NCBI GenBank assembly: GCA_963674785.1
Contig: OY771555.1
Span: forward strand, 896,001 to 960,000
Length of the DNA: 64,000 nucleotides
Source: Caldisericia bacterium
GTDB taxonomy: Bacteria > Caldisericota > Caldisericia > JAAYUI01
Direction of reading: 5' to 3'
The position numbers and the translations under genes were made by a program. Each line of letters starts with the position of its first letter. Positions within the stretch are counted from its first letter, which is position 1. Under the pieces are notes generated by a model. It made no database searches. It had not been told where the DNA came from and was given only the letters and a program-made list of their open reading frames with translations. Shown here piece by piece: positions 1 to 9,055 of this stretch.

Positions 1-806
1 AACTTCACAAAAACTCTGTTTCCAGCGTGTATCGTCTCAAGAACTTTTTTGACTGGGGTTTGGGCTGTGCCGATGACCTCGCCGGTCATCTTATTGATGG
101 TTGATACTTGATAGGTATTTCCTGTTACTCTCCATGCCCAGAAATAATCCTTGTTTTCAGCAAGTACAACTTTCCAGCCTGCAGGCGGTGCATCCCACGG
201 AATTCTCCAAAGGTGATTACCGTCAACTGCAGAGATCCCATCAATCCAATAGCTTCCGCCTGACTCGGTTGGGATTATCAAAGCCTCAGACTCGAATCTT
301 GGAGCTGGCATGCTGAGGATGCCGCTATAGTCGGAGTCAACAATCTTCCAAAGGGTCTTGGAATCAAGTGCAGAAAGAGCAAGAAGTGTGACTGGGTTTT
401 TGTCGTAATCACTGTATTGGTCATAAGCAAGAATCAGGTTTTCACCGACTTTTCCGGCAATCCAGACTGATGACCCTGAAGGTGCTCTCCAGCCCCAGAG
501 AAGCTCGCCGTCTTCGATGTTTACTCTTAAAATCAGGTGGTTATCGCCCTCGATAAAATATGAGTCCTCAATACATGTCCATCTCGGTCTTCTCGCACCC
601 TGAATCTCTCTTTCCCAGACAACATCTCCAAAACCATCAAGAAGCCCGTATGTATCCTGTGCTGAGTATAGTGTGTATCCCCATGCGATCGGGATGAGCT
701 GGGTTCTGTTTGTCTTTTTCCAAACCATCTGAGGAGTGGTATCATCACATGAGATAAAGCTGATGAGAACAATCAAAGCCATGAGCAGGGTCAAAGTTTT
801 TTTCAT
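1..806 (-). CDS. Lipoprotein with PQQ/BamB-like beta-propeller repeats (3' end runs off the window)
   Basis: Not in the ORF track. Manual translation from ATG at 806 (ATGA overlap with the upstream stop) gives MKKTLTLLMALIVLISFISC (lipobox), then propeller-like motifs GDVVWE, DGELLWG, DGNHLWR; open to position 1. Confidence 0.7.
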   Translation of the reverse strand, partial: MKKTLTLLMALIVLISFISCDDTTPQMVWKKTNRTQLIPIAWGYTLYSAQDTYGLLDGFGDVVWEREIQGARRPRWTCIEDSYFIEGDNHLILRVNIEDGELLWGWRAPSGSSVWIAGKVGENLILAYDQYSDYDKNPVTLLALSALDSKTLWKIVDSDYSGILSMPAPRFESEALIIPTESGGSYWIDGISAVDGNHLWRIPWDAPPAGWKVVLAENKDYFWAWRVTGNTYQVSTINKMTGEVIGTAQTPVKKVLETIHAGNRVFVK

Positions 807-1720
807 TTTGTCAGTTCTTTCAAATTATAGGTTTTTTCTGGTTCAGAGTCATACACATTTCCGAGCTGGATGATGTTTCCGATTCCAGAAACGATTGTCT
901 CGCCTTCTATGTCTGAAACCTTGTTATAGCCTGTCCAGGGTTCGATTTTTTTCTTCTCGGTAATTTTTCCGTCACTGTCAATCTCAAGTAGCATCCCGTC
1001 CTCATAGATTATCAAGAGTTTATCATCAATTGTGGAAAGGTGTTTGATTGGCTGGTTTTCTCTTGGGGTAATGAATCTGTCTTCTTTCCAGGGCATATCA
1101 ACCGGAAAAACACGATCATAATCTGCAAACCAGGTAACATCTTGTTCTGTGCAAACTGCTGATGAGAAAAACCTTACATAATCAAGTCCTGTGAAACTTC
1201 CTGACATATCGTCCCTATACTCAACATCAAGTTTTTCCCCTGTGAAGAAATATCTGTCCCCATGCGAGTTTTTAAAAACTGTGACACCCTCAAGATCCTC
1301 ATCAATCATTGAATCCATCGACTTGTAGTCTGAACCAAAAACAGTTTTTGTCTCCTCTTTCAGATCATAGATGGTCAACTCGCCATCAACAAAGTCTATT
1401 CCGTCTATTGATGTATTACCGATAGATAGAGTTTGTAATAGAATGTCTTTATTAGTATCAATAATAAATATATTTTTTTTATTAGTTGCAACGACTTTAC
1501 CTTGCTTCTGGAAATATTCGATATGTTCTATTGATGAGAAGGGTTTAGGTACGACGAAAAAAACAATGACCACGATGATAAATAAAACAATTACGGAAAC
1601 CCAAAGCCCTCTCGCTTTCCCTTCGAGACTCGCAACAAAGTTGGATTTATCAACCAGTTTTGCATCATGCCAGAGTTCCTGCTCTGTCCTTGTTTCATCT
1701 TTTTTTATCTCTTGCTCCAT
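803..1720 (-). CDS. Hypothetical single-pass membrane protein, beta-rich extracellular domain
   Basis: 305-aa ORF, TM segment LWVSVIVLFIIVVIVFFVV, GAGGT RBS. Confidence 0.65.
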   Translation of the reverse strand: MEQEIKKDETRTEQELWHDAKLVDKSNFVASLEGKARGLWVSVIVLFIIVVIVFFVVPKPFSSIEHIEYFQKQGKVVATNKKNIFIIDTNKDILLQTLSIGNTSIDGIDFVDGELTIYDLKEETKTVFGSDYKSMDSMIDEDLEGVTVFKNSHGDRYFFTGEKLDVEYRDDMSGSFTGLDYVRFFSSAVCTEQDVTWFADYDRVFPVDMPWKEDRFITPRENQPIKHLSTIDDKLLIIYEDGMLLEIDSDGKITEKKKIEPWTGYNKVSDIEGETIVSGIGNIIQLGNVYDSEPEKTYNLKELTK

Positions 1721-1824
1721 TTTTTACCTCAAAAGTCATTCTACAAAGAAATATATAAAAATCCATTGAATAATGTTTCTAAGCAAGCTTGAAATCAAAT
1801 GATAAAAATGTGATACTTCAACCC

Positions 1825-2532
1825 ATGAGAAAAGAAGCCCCAGACACAGTTGCAGTAAAACTAGAAAACGTCACATTTGCACCAAATGGCAAGACTGTTC
1901 TTGATAACATAAATCTTGAGATAAAATCGGAGAGGATCTTCACGCTCATTGGTCGAACTGGTTCTGGAAAATCCACAGTTTTAAGGATGATAAACAGGCT
2001 TTCAGACCCTGATTCCGGTGATGTTTTTGTGAATGGAAAAAATATCAAAAAGTGGGATGTCAGGATGCTTCGAAGGGTTGCCAGTTTGATTCCTCAGTCA
2101 TACTCTCTTCCAAACATTGAAATCTCTGAGATTTTAAAATACGCCTGCCAAATTCTGTGCATCAAATATGATGAGGAACAGATGATAAAGATGCTTTCAG
2201 ATGTCGAGCTTCCAGCTGAAGTCTTATTAAAAAAATCTGGAAATCTTTCCGGTGGTGAAAGGCAGCGTGTTGCGATTTGCAGGACTTTACTTGCAGACCC
2301 AAAGATTCTTCTTGCAGATGAACCAACCGCAAACCTCGACCCTGCATCTGCCCTCATGGTTGCTAAGCTTCTTCATGATTTTTCACATGATGGAAAAACC
2401 GTTGTGTGGGTGACACACGACCCAATCCTTGCCTCAAAATTTACTGACTCTGGAGTGTTGCTTGCTGCTGGGAAGATTGTGGCAGAAGGGGATTTGAAGG
2501 AGCTTGCTGAGAGGGAGGAGTATCGGAGATAA
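1825..2532 (+). CDS. ABC transporter ATP-binding protein (FetA/YbbL-like)
   Basis: Walker A GRTGSGKS, LSGGERQR signature, Walker B LLADEP, H-loop VTHD; FetB-like partner downstream. ATG 1825 preferred over the TTG at 1789. Confidence 0.85.
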   Translation: MRKEAPDTVAVKLENVTFAPNGKTVLDNINLEIKSERIFTLIGRTGSGKSTVLRMINRLSDPDSGDVFVNGKNIKKWDVRMLRRVASLIPQSYSLPNIEISEILKYACQILCIKYDEEQMIKMLSDVELPAEVLLKKSGNLSGGERQRVAICRTLLADPKILLADEPTANLDPASALMVAKLLHDFSHDGKTVVWVTHDPILASKFTDSGVLLAAGKIVAEGDLKELAEREEYRR

Positions 2533-2542
2533 GCCTTTCTTT

Positions 2543-2731
2543 TTATGTTCCAGGTGAATCCTTTTTCTTCAGAGAATCTCCTAAATTACTGCACTTAGTG
2601 TAAATTGATGGCAAAGACCTCCCGAGCTTCTCGGCGATTTGTCTTGTAGTTTTTTGCTGTTTGCGCATTTTTTCTAGTTTATTCAGCTCTTTTTCTGTCC
2701 ATCGCTTGTTGCTATTCTTTGGTTTACTTGT
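2543..2731 (-). pseudogene. Degenerate small Myb/SANT-like HTH protein gene
   Basis: Manual translation SKPKNSNKRWTEKELNKLEKCANSK[frameshift in A6 run]TTRQIAEKLGRSLPSIYTKCSNLGDSLKKKDSPGT*. GGAG upstream, but ACA where the start codon is expected. Confidence 0.5.
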
Positions 2732-2878
2732 TATTCAGCTCTCCAGTGAAGAAGTGTAAGTGAGCTGTTAACAAAGTCAAATTTAAGACTATCATAAAAC
2801 GACATTTTATCTGGAAAAGCAGCAAATTATTGTCGTTTTTTGAGGTATAATCATGTTAGTCAATCGAAGGAGGAGATC

Positions 2879-3043
2879 ATGCCAAAAACAACACCATGGT
2901 ACTCGAAAAAAACGAAGAATGTTCACCATAACAATTCAAAATGTGAGGTGGGCAACAATATTGAGCCGGAAAATAGGGCGACGGGAACAGGTGGATTACC
3001 TTTGTGTAGCAGATGCAAAGAGTTGAACGCCCAGGGGAAATAG
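2879..3043 (+). CDS. Small 54-aa His/Cys (putative Zn-binding) hypothetical protein
   Basis: Strong RBS AAGGAGGAG; motif H-x4-C...GNNIE...GTGG.PLCxxC; hairpin at about 3056-3087 downstream. Confidence 0.7.
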   Translation: MPKTTPWYSKKTKNVHHNNSKCEVGNNIEPENRATGTGGLPLCSRCKELNAQGK

Positions 3044-3133
3044 TCTTTCTGAAAATGACCCCTCTTTCCTTGCGAAAGGAGGAGTTATTCTCATGCTTTC
3101 AAATTAATCCCGACTTGATCATAAATCCAAGGC

Positions 3134-3162
3134 TTGACACCCAACCCCCACCAACACAAAAT
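3134..3162 (+). promoter_or_regulatory. Putative sigma70 promoter for the fetB-like gene
   Basis: TTGACA-N17-CAAAAT. Confidence 0.4.
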
Positions 3163-3198
3163 ATCACCCATGAATAGCACACAGAAAAGAGCCTGCAG

Positions 3199-3984
3199 AT
3201 GAACACCGATTACATTGACCTCTCATATCTGAACCTTGCGTTGACGTTGCTTTTTGTTTCTGTGGCGATCATTTTTTCTGTTGTTGAAAAACTCAAAGAA
3301 GAGCTGAACATCATCATTGCAACGGTAAGGACTGCTGCACAATTGCTTGCTGTTGGGTTTATCCTTGGGTATATTTTCTATTCAAAAATCTGGTGGGTTG
3401 TCATGGGAACACTTGTCATCATGAACATCTTTGCTGGATTTGATGCGGCAAGAAAAATTGGGAATTTCAAATCATTTTGGATTGTAACACTCACAATCAC
3501 GACAACCGCAACAATCACTTTGTCGGTTTTGATATTTCTTGTGATAAGACCCACCCCTTGGTTTGAACCAGCATACATGATAGCGCTTGGCGGAATGGTG
3601 CTTGGTAACACCATGAACGCTTGCTCGATATTCCTTGGACACATGAAAGAAGACCTTGTAAACAGAAAGAGTGAAGTTGAGGGGTTGCTTGCAATCGGAG
3701 CAACCGCAAGGCAGGCTGGGATAATGAGCATCAGAACAGCACTCAAACAAGCAATCACACCGGTCATGAATTCTATGATGGTTGTGGGAATTGTGTTTTT
3801 ACCAGGGATGATGGTTGGACAACTGAGTGTTCAGGGGATTCTCCCGCTTCAGGCTGCAAAATATCAAATAATGGTGATGTATATGCTTCTTGGTGCGACC
3901 TCAATTTCTGTCTGGGTTTTATCATATTTTGGTGTGAGACTTTTTTTCAATGACAGATTGCAGCTGGTTATCCCAGAGAAGTAA
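3199..3984 (+). CDS. fetB: ABC transporter permease, FetB/YbbM (UPF0014) family
   Basis: Motifs RTAAQLLAVG, GMVLGNTMNA, LAIGAT, VGIVFLPGMMVG, AAKYQI. Confidence 0.85.
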   Translation: MNTDYIDLSYLNLALTLLFVSVAIIFSVVEKLKEELNIIIATVRTAAQLLAVGFILGYIFYSKIWWVVMGTLVIMNIFAGFDAARKIGNFKSFWIVTLTITTTATITLSVLIFLVIRPTPWFEPAYMIALGGMVLGNTMNACSIFLGHMKEDLVNRKSEVEGLLAIGATARQAGIMSIRTALKQAITPVMNSMMVVGIVFLPGMMVGQLSVQGILPLQAAKYQIMVMYMLLGATSISVWVLSYFGVRLFFNDRLQLVIPEK

Positions 3985-4078
3985 AAAATACCCATTCTTT
4001 ACATTCCGCAAATTTGGGAATAATCTTAGATCAAATGAAGCTAAAAAAGGTAGTGTCCCATCGGGAGGAACATAGAAA

Positions 4079-7000
4079 ATGAGTGTGCCAGAAAAAATCC
4101 ACGAGCTTGTTGAAAGATTCCATAACCATATCGATGAATACAAAAACAAAGACTACAAAGAAGCTGTTCTCTGCACAGATTTTCTAAACCCGATGTTTGA
4201 ATCCCTTGGGTGGGATGTTGACAACAAAGCAGGATATGCCGAAAGATTCAGAGATGTTGTTCAGCAATACAGTCAACATTCAGATACAGGCGGGACAAAA
4301 CAACCAGACTATCTTTTCAGAATAGGCGGAGCTCCAGCTTTTTTCCTGGAAGCAAAGAAGCCAGCGGTTGATATTTTGAATGATAAAAAACCGGCCTATC
4401 AACTCAGACGTTACGGCTGGAACAGAAAAGACATTGATGTTTCGGTGCTTTCGGACTTTGAAAATCTCTGTCTTTATGATGTTAGGATTCAACCAAAGGA
4501 AATTGACCATCCATATGCCGCAAGACTCGTGATGTATGGCTATCAGGATTACATCAAAAAATGGGATGAGATTGAAGGCTATCTAGGGCGTGAAAATGTA
4601 TCAAAAGGTTCACTTGATAGAATGCTCAAAGACTTTGGTCACATGGTCAAAGGAACAAGAGAACCAGTTGATGAATCACTTCTCAAAATGATAGAGGTCT
4701 GGAGAGAAAAGCTGGCAAAAAACATTGCCCTTCGCAATGAACTTGATATTCATCTTCTAAACAGTGCCGTACAGAAAACTATCGACAGGATATTGTTTTT
4801 AAGGATTGCCGAAGACAGAGGCATCGAACCCATCAAAACTCTTCAGGCTGCAACAAATGGAGCAAATGTATATAACCGTTTGTTTGACTTGTTCAAAAAA
4901 GCAGACATCAGATACAACTCGGGATTATTCCATTTCAGCCCCGAAAAAGGAAGACCAGAGGAATACGACAGTTTTACAGCAGGGCTGAAAATTGATGATA
5001 AGATTCTCAAAGAAATTGTCGGTAATCTCTATCCCCCAAACTATCCTTTTGATTTTTCGGTATTGCCTGTTGATATTTTGGGTCATGTCTATGAAAAATT
5101 CCTTGGTAAGGTCATCAGTCTGACAGACTCACACAAAGCAAAGGTTGAAGAAAAACCAGAGGTCAGAAAAGCAGGTGGTGTCTATTATACTCCAAAATAT
5201 ATTGTTGATTATATTGTCAGCAACACTGTTGGAAAACTTGTTGAGGACAAAAAACCGGAACAGGTTGCGAAGCTGAAGATTCTTGACCCTGCCTGTGGTT
5301 CCGGGTCATTTTTGCTTGGAGCTTACCAGTTTCTGCTCGACTGGCATCTTGACTGGTATATGGGCAATGATCCTGAAAAACACGCAAAGAAAAAGAATCC
5401 GCCAATCTTTGAAGTAAAAAACGGCTGGAAATTGACAACAGAAAAAAGAAAAGAAATCCTTCTCAACAATATCTATGGTGTAGACATCGATACCCAGGCT
5501 GTAGAGGTTGCAAAGCTCAACCTGCTTTTAAAGGTGCTTGAGCAGGAGAATACTCCGGGTCTTTTTGAGCGCACAAGAAGGGCGCTTCCCGATCTTGGAA
5601 AAAACATCAAGTGCGGGAACAGCCTCATTGAGAATGACTTTTATGATGACCATCCCGACATGATTTGTGATATTGAAGCCAGCAGGAAGATAAATGCTTT
5701 TGACTGGGACAGGGAGTTTCCGGAGATTATCAAGTGGAAAGACTCTACCCTTCCTGAACCCCCCCTACCCCCCCTGAAAGGGGGGGCTGAATTGGATAGC
5801 CCCCCTCTTCGAGGGGGGAAGGGAAGCGAAGCTTCCCAGGGGGGTTTAAGATATTTAGACAAAAACTATCTAGACCAAAGGCTTAAGCAATTCAATTTTG
5901 TATACAATGGCAAACACCTCCCATACAGGGATGACCTTAAAGAGCTAGCAAGAGACCTTCGCAAAAATCAAACAAAAGCAGAGAAAAAACTCTGGTATGA
6001 ATACCTGTCAAAATCTGAATTCAAGTTCAAAAGGCAACACCCAATTGACAACTTCATTGTCGATTTTTATTCATCAAAACTTGGTCTTGTAATCGAGATT
6101 GATGGTGACTCTCATCATGAAGATGAGCAATATAAGCTGGATGCGAAGAGAACATATATCCTTGAAAACTATGGTTTGAAGGTTATCAGGTTTAGCAATG
6201 AGCAGGTGTTGAATGAGTTTGAAGGTGTTTGTGAAGTGATTGGAAATGAAACCCTCCCTGACTCACTCCGTGAGTCTTCCCTCCCTGAAAGGGAGGGCAA
6301 TAGCCCCTTCCCTCAAGAAGGGTCGGAGAAGCCCCCCTCTTCGAGGGGGGAAGATTTGACGAAGTCAAATCAGGGGGGTTCAAAAGTTCGCCAGCTTGAA
6401 AAGGGATATGGTTTTGATGCCGTGATTGGCAATCCGCCTTATATCAGAATTCAAACTATAAGGGAGTGGAATCCGCTTTCAGTTGATTATTACAAAGAAA
6501 ACTATAAAAGTGCAGGAAAAGGCAACTATGACATCTATGTTGTGTTTGTCGAAAGAGGGTTTGAATTCCTGAACAAAGAAGGTAGATTGGGATATATTCT
6601 TCCTCATAAATTCTTCAACTCTAAGTATGGTGAATCTTTAAGAGAGGTTGTATCATTAGGTAATCATCTCAGTAATGTTGTTCATTTTGGTGATGAACAA
6701 ATATTTGATGGTGCAACAACCTATACCTGTTTGATGTTTCTTGATAAAAAGCCGGTGAAAAATCTTGACTTCACAAAAGTAACTAATATTTCAGAGTGGA
6801 GAAACAGTGGAATTGCAGAAACTGGTCTGATCAACTCAGAAAAAATTACATCATCAGAGTGGAATTTTGTTGTCGGAAAAGGTGCAAAACTTTTCGAGAA
6901 ACTTGATACCATGTCTGTGAAGTTGGGAGATGTTTCAAAGATTTTTGTAGGATTACAGACAAGTGCAGATAAAGTGTTTGTTTTGAATAACATCAAGAAG

Positions 7001-7798
7001 GTTAATGACAAAGTCGTTGGGTTCTCAAAAGCCATAGATAGTGATGTTGAGATTGAAAAAGGAATCTTAAAAAAACTACATATGGGTCAAGATATTGGTA
7101 GGTTTTCAAGTACATCATCAAAGATGATTATCTATCCATATAAGATTGAGAATGGAAAGCCAGTCTTGTATTCATCTGATGAGATAAAAGATAGGTTTCC
7201 AAAATGCTGGAAATATCTCAATAAATGCAGTCAATTCCTTAAAGATAGAGAAGGAGGTAAATGGAATATTGAGGAGTGGTGGCAATACGGAAGAAATCAA
7301 AACATTGCTGAGATGGGAACAGAAAAGATAATTCTTCAGGTTTTATCAAAGTACGGATCGTATGATTATGATCCAGATGCAAGCTGTGCAATTGTTGGCG
7401 GCGGAAATGCTGGAGGGTATGGTATATCGCTTACAAAAGGTGGAATCGGATACTTGTACCTTCTAGGATTATTGAATTCAAAGGTTTTGAATTATTTTGT
7501 TAGACAAGTATCAACAACATTTAGAGGAGGGTTCTATTCTTATGCGAAAAGATTTATAGAAAAACTCCCTATCAATACCCCCAAAGACAAAGCAAAACAT
7601 GACAAAATGGTGCTGCTCGTAGAAACCATGCTGGAGCTGAACAAACAGCTCGCGCAGTCACAGTCAGCACACGACAAAAAGCTCATCAAAAGGCGGATTG
7701 AAGATACAGACAGCAAAATTGATATGCTTGTTTATGACCTCTACGACCTGACTCCAGAGGAAATCAAAATAGTCGAAGACTCCATGAGAGGTAGCTAA
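4079..7798 (+). CDS. Type IIG (Eco57I-like) restriction-modification enzyme with an in-frame DUF559 insertion
   Basis: N-terminal PD...EAK nuclease, GVYYTP, motif I DPACGSG, motif IV NPPY, TaqI-like C-terminal TRD (LLGLLNSK); extra DUF559 segment at about 5740-6405. Confidence 0.9.
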   Translation: MSVPEKIHELVERFHNHIDEYKNKDYKEAVLCTDFLNPMFESLGWDVDNKAGYAERFRDVVQQYSQHSDTGGTKQPDYLFRIGGAPAFFLEAKKPAVDILNDKKPAYQLRRYGWNRKDIDVSVLSDFENLCLYDVRIQPKEIDHPYAARLVMYGYQDYIKKWDEIEGYLGRENVSKGSLDRMLKDFGHMVKGTREPVDESLLKMIEVWREKLAKNIALRNELDIHLLNSAVQKTIDRILFLRIAEDRGIEPIKTLQAATNGANVYNRLFDLFKKADIRYNSGLFHFSPEKGRPEEYDSFTAGLKIDDKILKEIVGNLYPPNYPFDFSVLPVDILGHVYEKFLGKVISLTDSHKAKVEEKPEVRKAGGVYYTPKYIVDYIVSNTVGKLVEDKKPEQVAKLKILDPACGSGSFLLGAYQFLLDWHLDWYMGNDPEKHAKKKNPPIFEVKNGWKLTTEKRKEILLNNIYGVDIDTQAVEVAKLNLLLKVLEQENTPGLFERTRRALPDLGKNIKCGNSLIENDFYDDHPDMICDIEASRKINAFDWDREFPEIIKWKDSTLPEPPLPPLKGGAELDSPPLRGGKGSEASQGGLRYLDKNYLDQRLKQFNFVYNGKHLPYRDDLKELARDLRKNQTKAEKKLWYEYLSKSEFKFKRQHPIDNFIVDFYSSKLGLVIEIDGDSHHEDEQYKLDAKRTYILENYGLKVIRFSNEQVLNEFEGVCEVIGNETLPDSLRESSLPEREGNSPFPQEGSEKPPSSRGEDLTKSNQGGSKVRQLEKGYGFDAVIGNPPYIRIQTIREWNPLSVDYYKENYKSAGKGNYDIYVVFVERGFEFLNKEGRLGYILPHKFFNSKYGESLREVVSLGNHLSNVVHFGDEQIFDGATTYTCLMFLDKKPVKNLDFTKVTNISEWRNSGIAETGLINSEKITSSEWNFVVGKGAKLFEKLDTMSVKLGDVSKIFVGLQTSADKVFVLNNIKKVNDKVVGFSKAIDSDVEIEKGILKKLHMGQDIGRFSSTSSKMIIYPYKIENGKPVLYSSDEIKDRFPKCWKYLNKCSQFLKDREGGKWNIEEWWQYGRNQNIAEMGTEKIILQVLSKYGSYDYDPDASCAIVGGGNAGGYGISLTKGGIGYLYLLGLLNSKVLNYFVRQVSTTFRGGFYSYAKRFIEKLPINTPKDKAKHDKMVLLVETMLELNKQLAQSQSAHDKKLIKRRIEDTDSKIDMLVYDLYDLTPEEIKIVEDSMRGS
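5740..6405 (+). mobile_element. In-frame palindrome-flanked DUF559 (Vsr-like) endonuclease insertion
   Basis: ARDLRKNQTKAEKKLW, FKRQHPIDNFIVDF, IEIDGDSH, LKVIRFSNEQV; GC-rich multi-hairpin elements at 5757-5847 and 6251-6380. Confidence 0.7.
7730..7782 (+). repeat. 53-bp direct repeat, copy 1 (3' end of the R-M gene)
   Basis: GTTTATGACCTCTACGACCTGACTCCAGAGGAAATCAAAATAGTCGAAGACTC, identical at 8665-8717. Confidence 0.9.
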
Positions 7799-8499
7799 TG
7801 GTACCTCATAGCAAGCACTATATTTACACTGATGAGAGCTATATCAAAGATGGAAGATATATGCTGATTGGTGGCTTGTGGATTGCAAAAGAAAATATCA
7901 TAGAAACAAAGACTTTTGTTGATGTATTCAAAACTGAAAACAGTATGACAAATGAGTTGAAATGGACAAAGGTTTCAAATGGCAGAATAATTGAATACAA
8001 GAGATTTGTTGATATTTTTTTCCAGTCAAAGATGAAATTCAATTGTATTGTTGTTGATAAACACATTGTTGATCACACAACCTTTAATGATGGTGACAAA
8101 GAACTGGGATTCTATAAGTTTTACTATCAACTGATATCGAGAAACTGTGCTTTTAATTGTCATTATAACCTATACCTTGATCAAATGAACAATAAAAAGA
8201 AATCTAGATACTCTGAGTTGAAAGAAAGACTAAACAGATACTTGGTTTCTCAGAACTCAAAATGCATACATATCGAACCTGTTGACTCGAAAAAGGAATC
8301 GATGATTCAGCTTGTGGATGTTTTGTTGGGTGCTGTTGGCTATTCGTGGAACTTGAATAATTCTAGCCCTGCAAAACTTAGATTGATTGAGTATATTCAG
8401 TCAAAACTAGGGAGAAGACTTACTCACCCAACATCATTACACGAAAACAAGTTTAATATTTGGAATTTTAGGCTAAGAAAAACGCGTCCTGGTTCCTAG
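7798..8499 (+). CDS. DUF3800 family protein (RNase H-like fold)
   Basis: N-terminal IYTDES, ELKW, C-terminal DSK...IQLVDVLLGAV, typical of DUF3800. Confidence 0.8.
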   Translation: MVPHSKHYIYTDESYIKDGRYMLIGGLWIAKENIIETKTFVDVFKTENSMTNELKWTKVSNGRIIEYKRFVDIFFQSKMKFNCIVVDKHIVDHTTFNDGDKELGFYKFYYQLISRNCAFNCHYNLYLDQMNNKKKSRYSELKERLNRYLVSQNSKCIHIEPVDSKKESMIQLVDVLLGAVGYSWNLNNSSPAKLRLIEYIQSKLGRRLTHPTSLHENKFNIWNFRLRKTRPGS

Positions 8500-8563
8500 C
8501 TCCAACCCTTATGGGCGGCTAATCCTACGCTTGGTAGGGGTTTCGGTGACCAGTGACGCTTAC
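8478..8563 (-). ncRNA. Candidate DUF3800-associated structured RNA, convergent with and overlapping the gene 3' end
   Basis: Closing stems GCGTC/GACGC and CTGGT/ACCAG, internal hairpins CCTAC/GTAGG and CCC-ATAA-GGG, followed by a U5 tract; own promoter upstream. Confidence 0.6.
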
Positions 8564-8567
8564 CTAT

Positions 8568-8595
8568 ATTATCGTACAAAAACTGATTTTGTCAA
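8568..8595 (-). promoter_or_regulatory. Sigma70 promoter for the antisense ncRNA
   Basis: TTGACA-N16-GATAAT on the minus strand. Confidence 0.6.
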
Positions 8596-8602
8596 CCACT
8601 TC

Positions 8603-8727
8603 ATGAAAAAGAAGGGTCTTATCAAAAGACAGATAGAAAACACCGACAAAAAATTGATGAGCTGGTTTATGACCTCTACGACCTGACTCCAGAGGAAATC
8701 AAAATAGTCGAAGACTCAATGAAATAA
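8603..8727 (+). pseudogene. Orphan remnant of an R-M gene C-terminus (contains repeat copy 2, 8665-8717)
   Basis: Translates, with a frameshift, as LIKRQIENTD/IDELVYDLYDLTPEEIKIVEDSMK*, paralleling the end of 4079-7798. Confidence 0.75.
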
Positions 8728-8774
8728 CCCTCCCTGGCATCTCCGATGCCTTCCCTCCCTGAAAGGGAGGGCAA
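8727..8774 (+). repeat. GC-rich double-hairpin repeat (ACCCTCCCTG family)
   Basis: ACCCTCCCTGGCATCTCCGATGCCTTCCCTCCCTGAAAGGGAGGGCAA; related copies at 6251-6300 and 28746-28797. Confidence 0.75.
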
Positions 8775-8818
8775 AACTCCTTCGTTATGCCGGGCTCCGA
8801 TTGGGCATCCTACCTTTT

Positions 8819-8967
8819 CGTCATTCCGGGCTTGACCCGGAATCCAGGGTTAGGCTTGGTAAAGTGATAATAAAATGAGTAATTTCTAGTATCAGTAAAG
8901 GTGATTTCTCCAAATCAAATAAATGTGATTTTCTGTGTCCTGGATTCCCGCCTGCGCGGGAATGTCG
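8819..8967. repeat. 149-bp MITE/REPIN-like element, copy 1
   Basis: Arms CGTCATTCCGGGCTTGACCCGGAATCCAGG and CCTGGATTCCCGCCTGCGCGGGAATGTCG around a 90-nt AT-rich core. Confidence 0.7.
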
Positions 8968-9055
8968 TTTGGGGATGTTGGGAACGATATGGTTTGACAC
9001 TACTCCGGATAAGATATTCTTTTAATTTATCCATGTGTACGTATACTGAAATTTA

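Noticed and set aside
5740-6405. Intein in the R-M gene
   Set aside because: No N-terminal Cys/Ser block or C-terminal His-Asn, and the nuclease is DUF559-like rather than LAGLIDADG.
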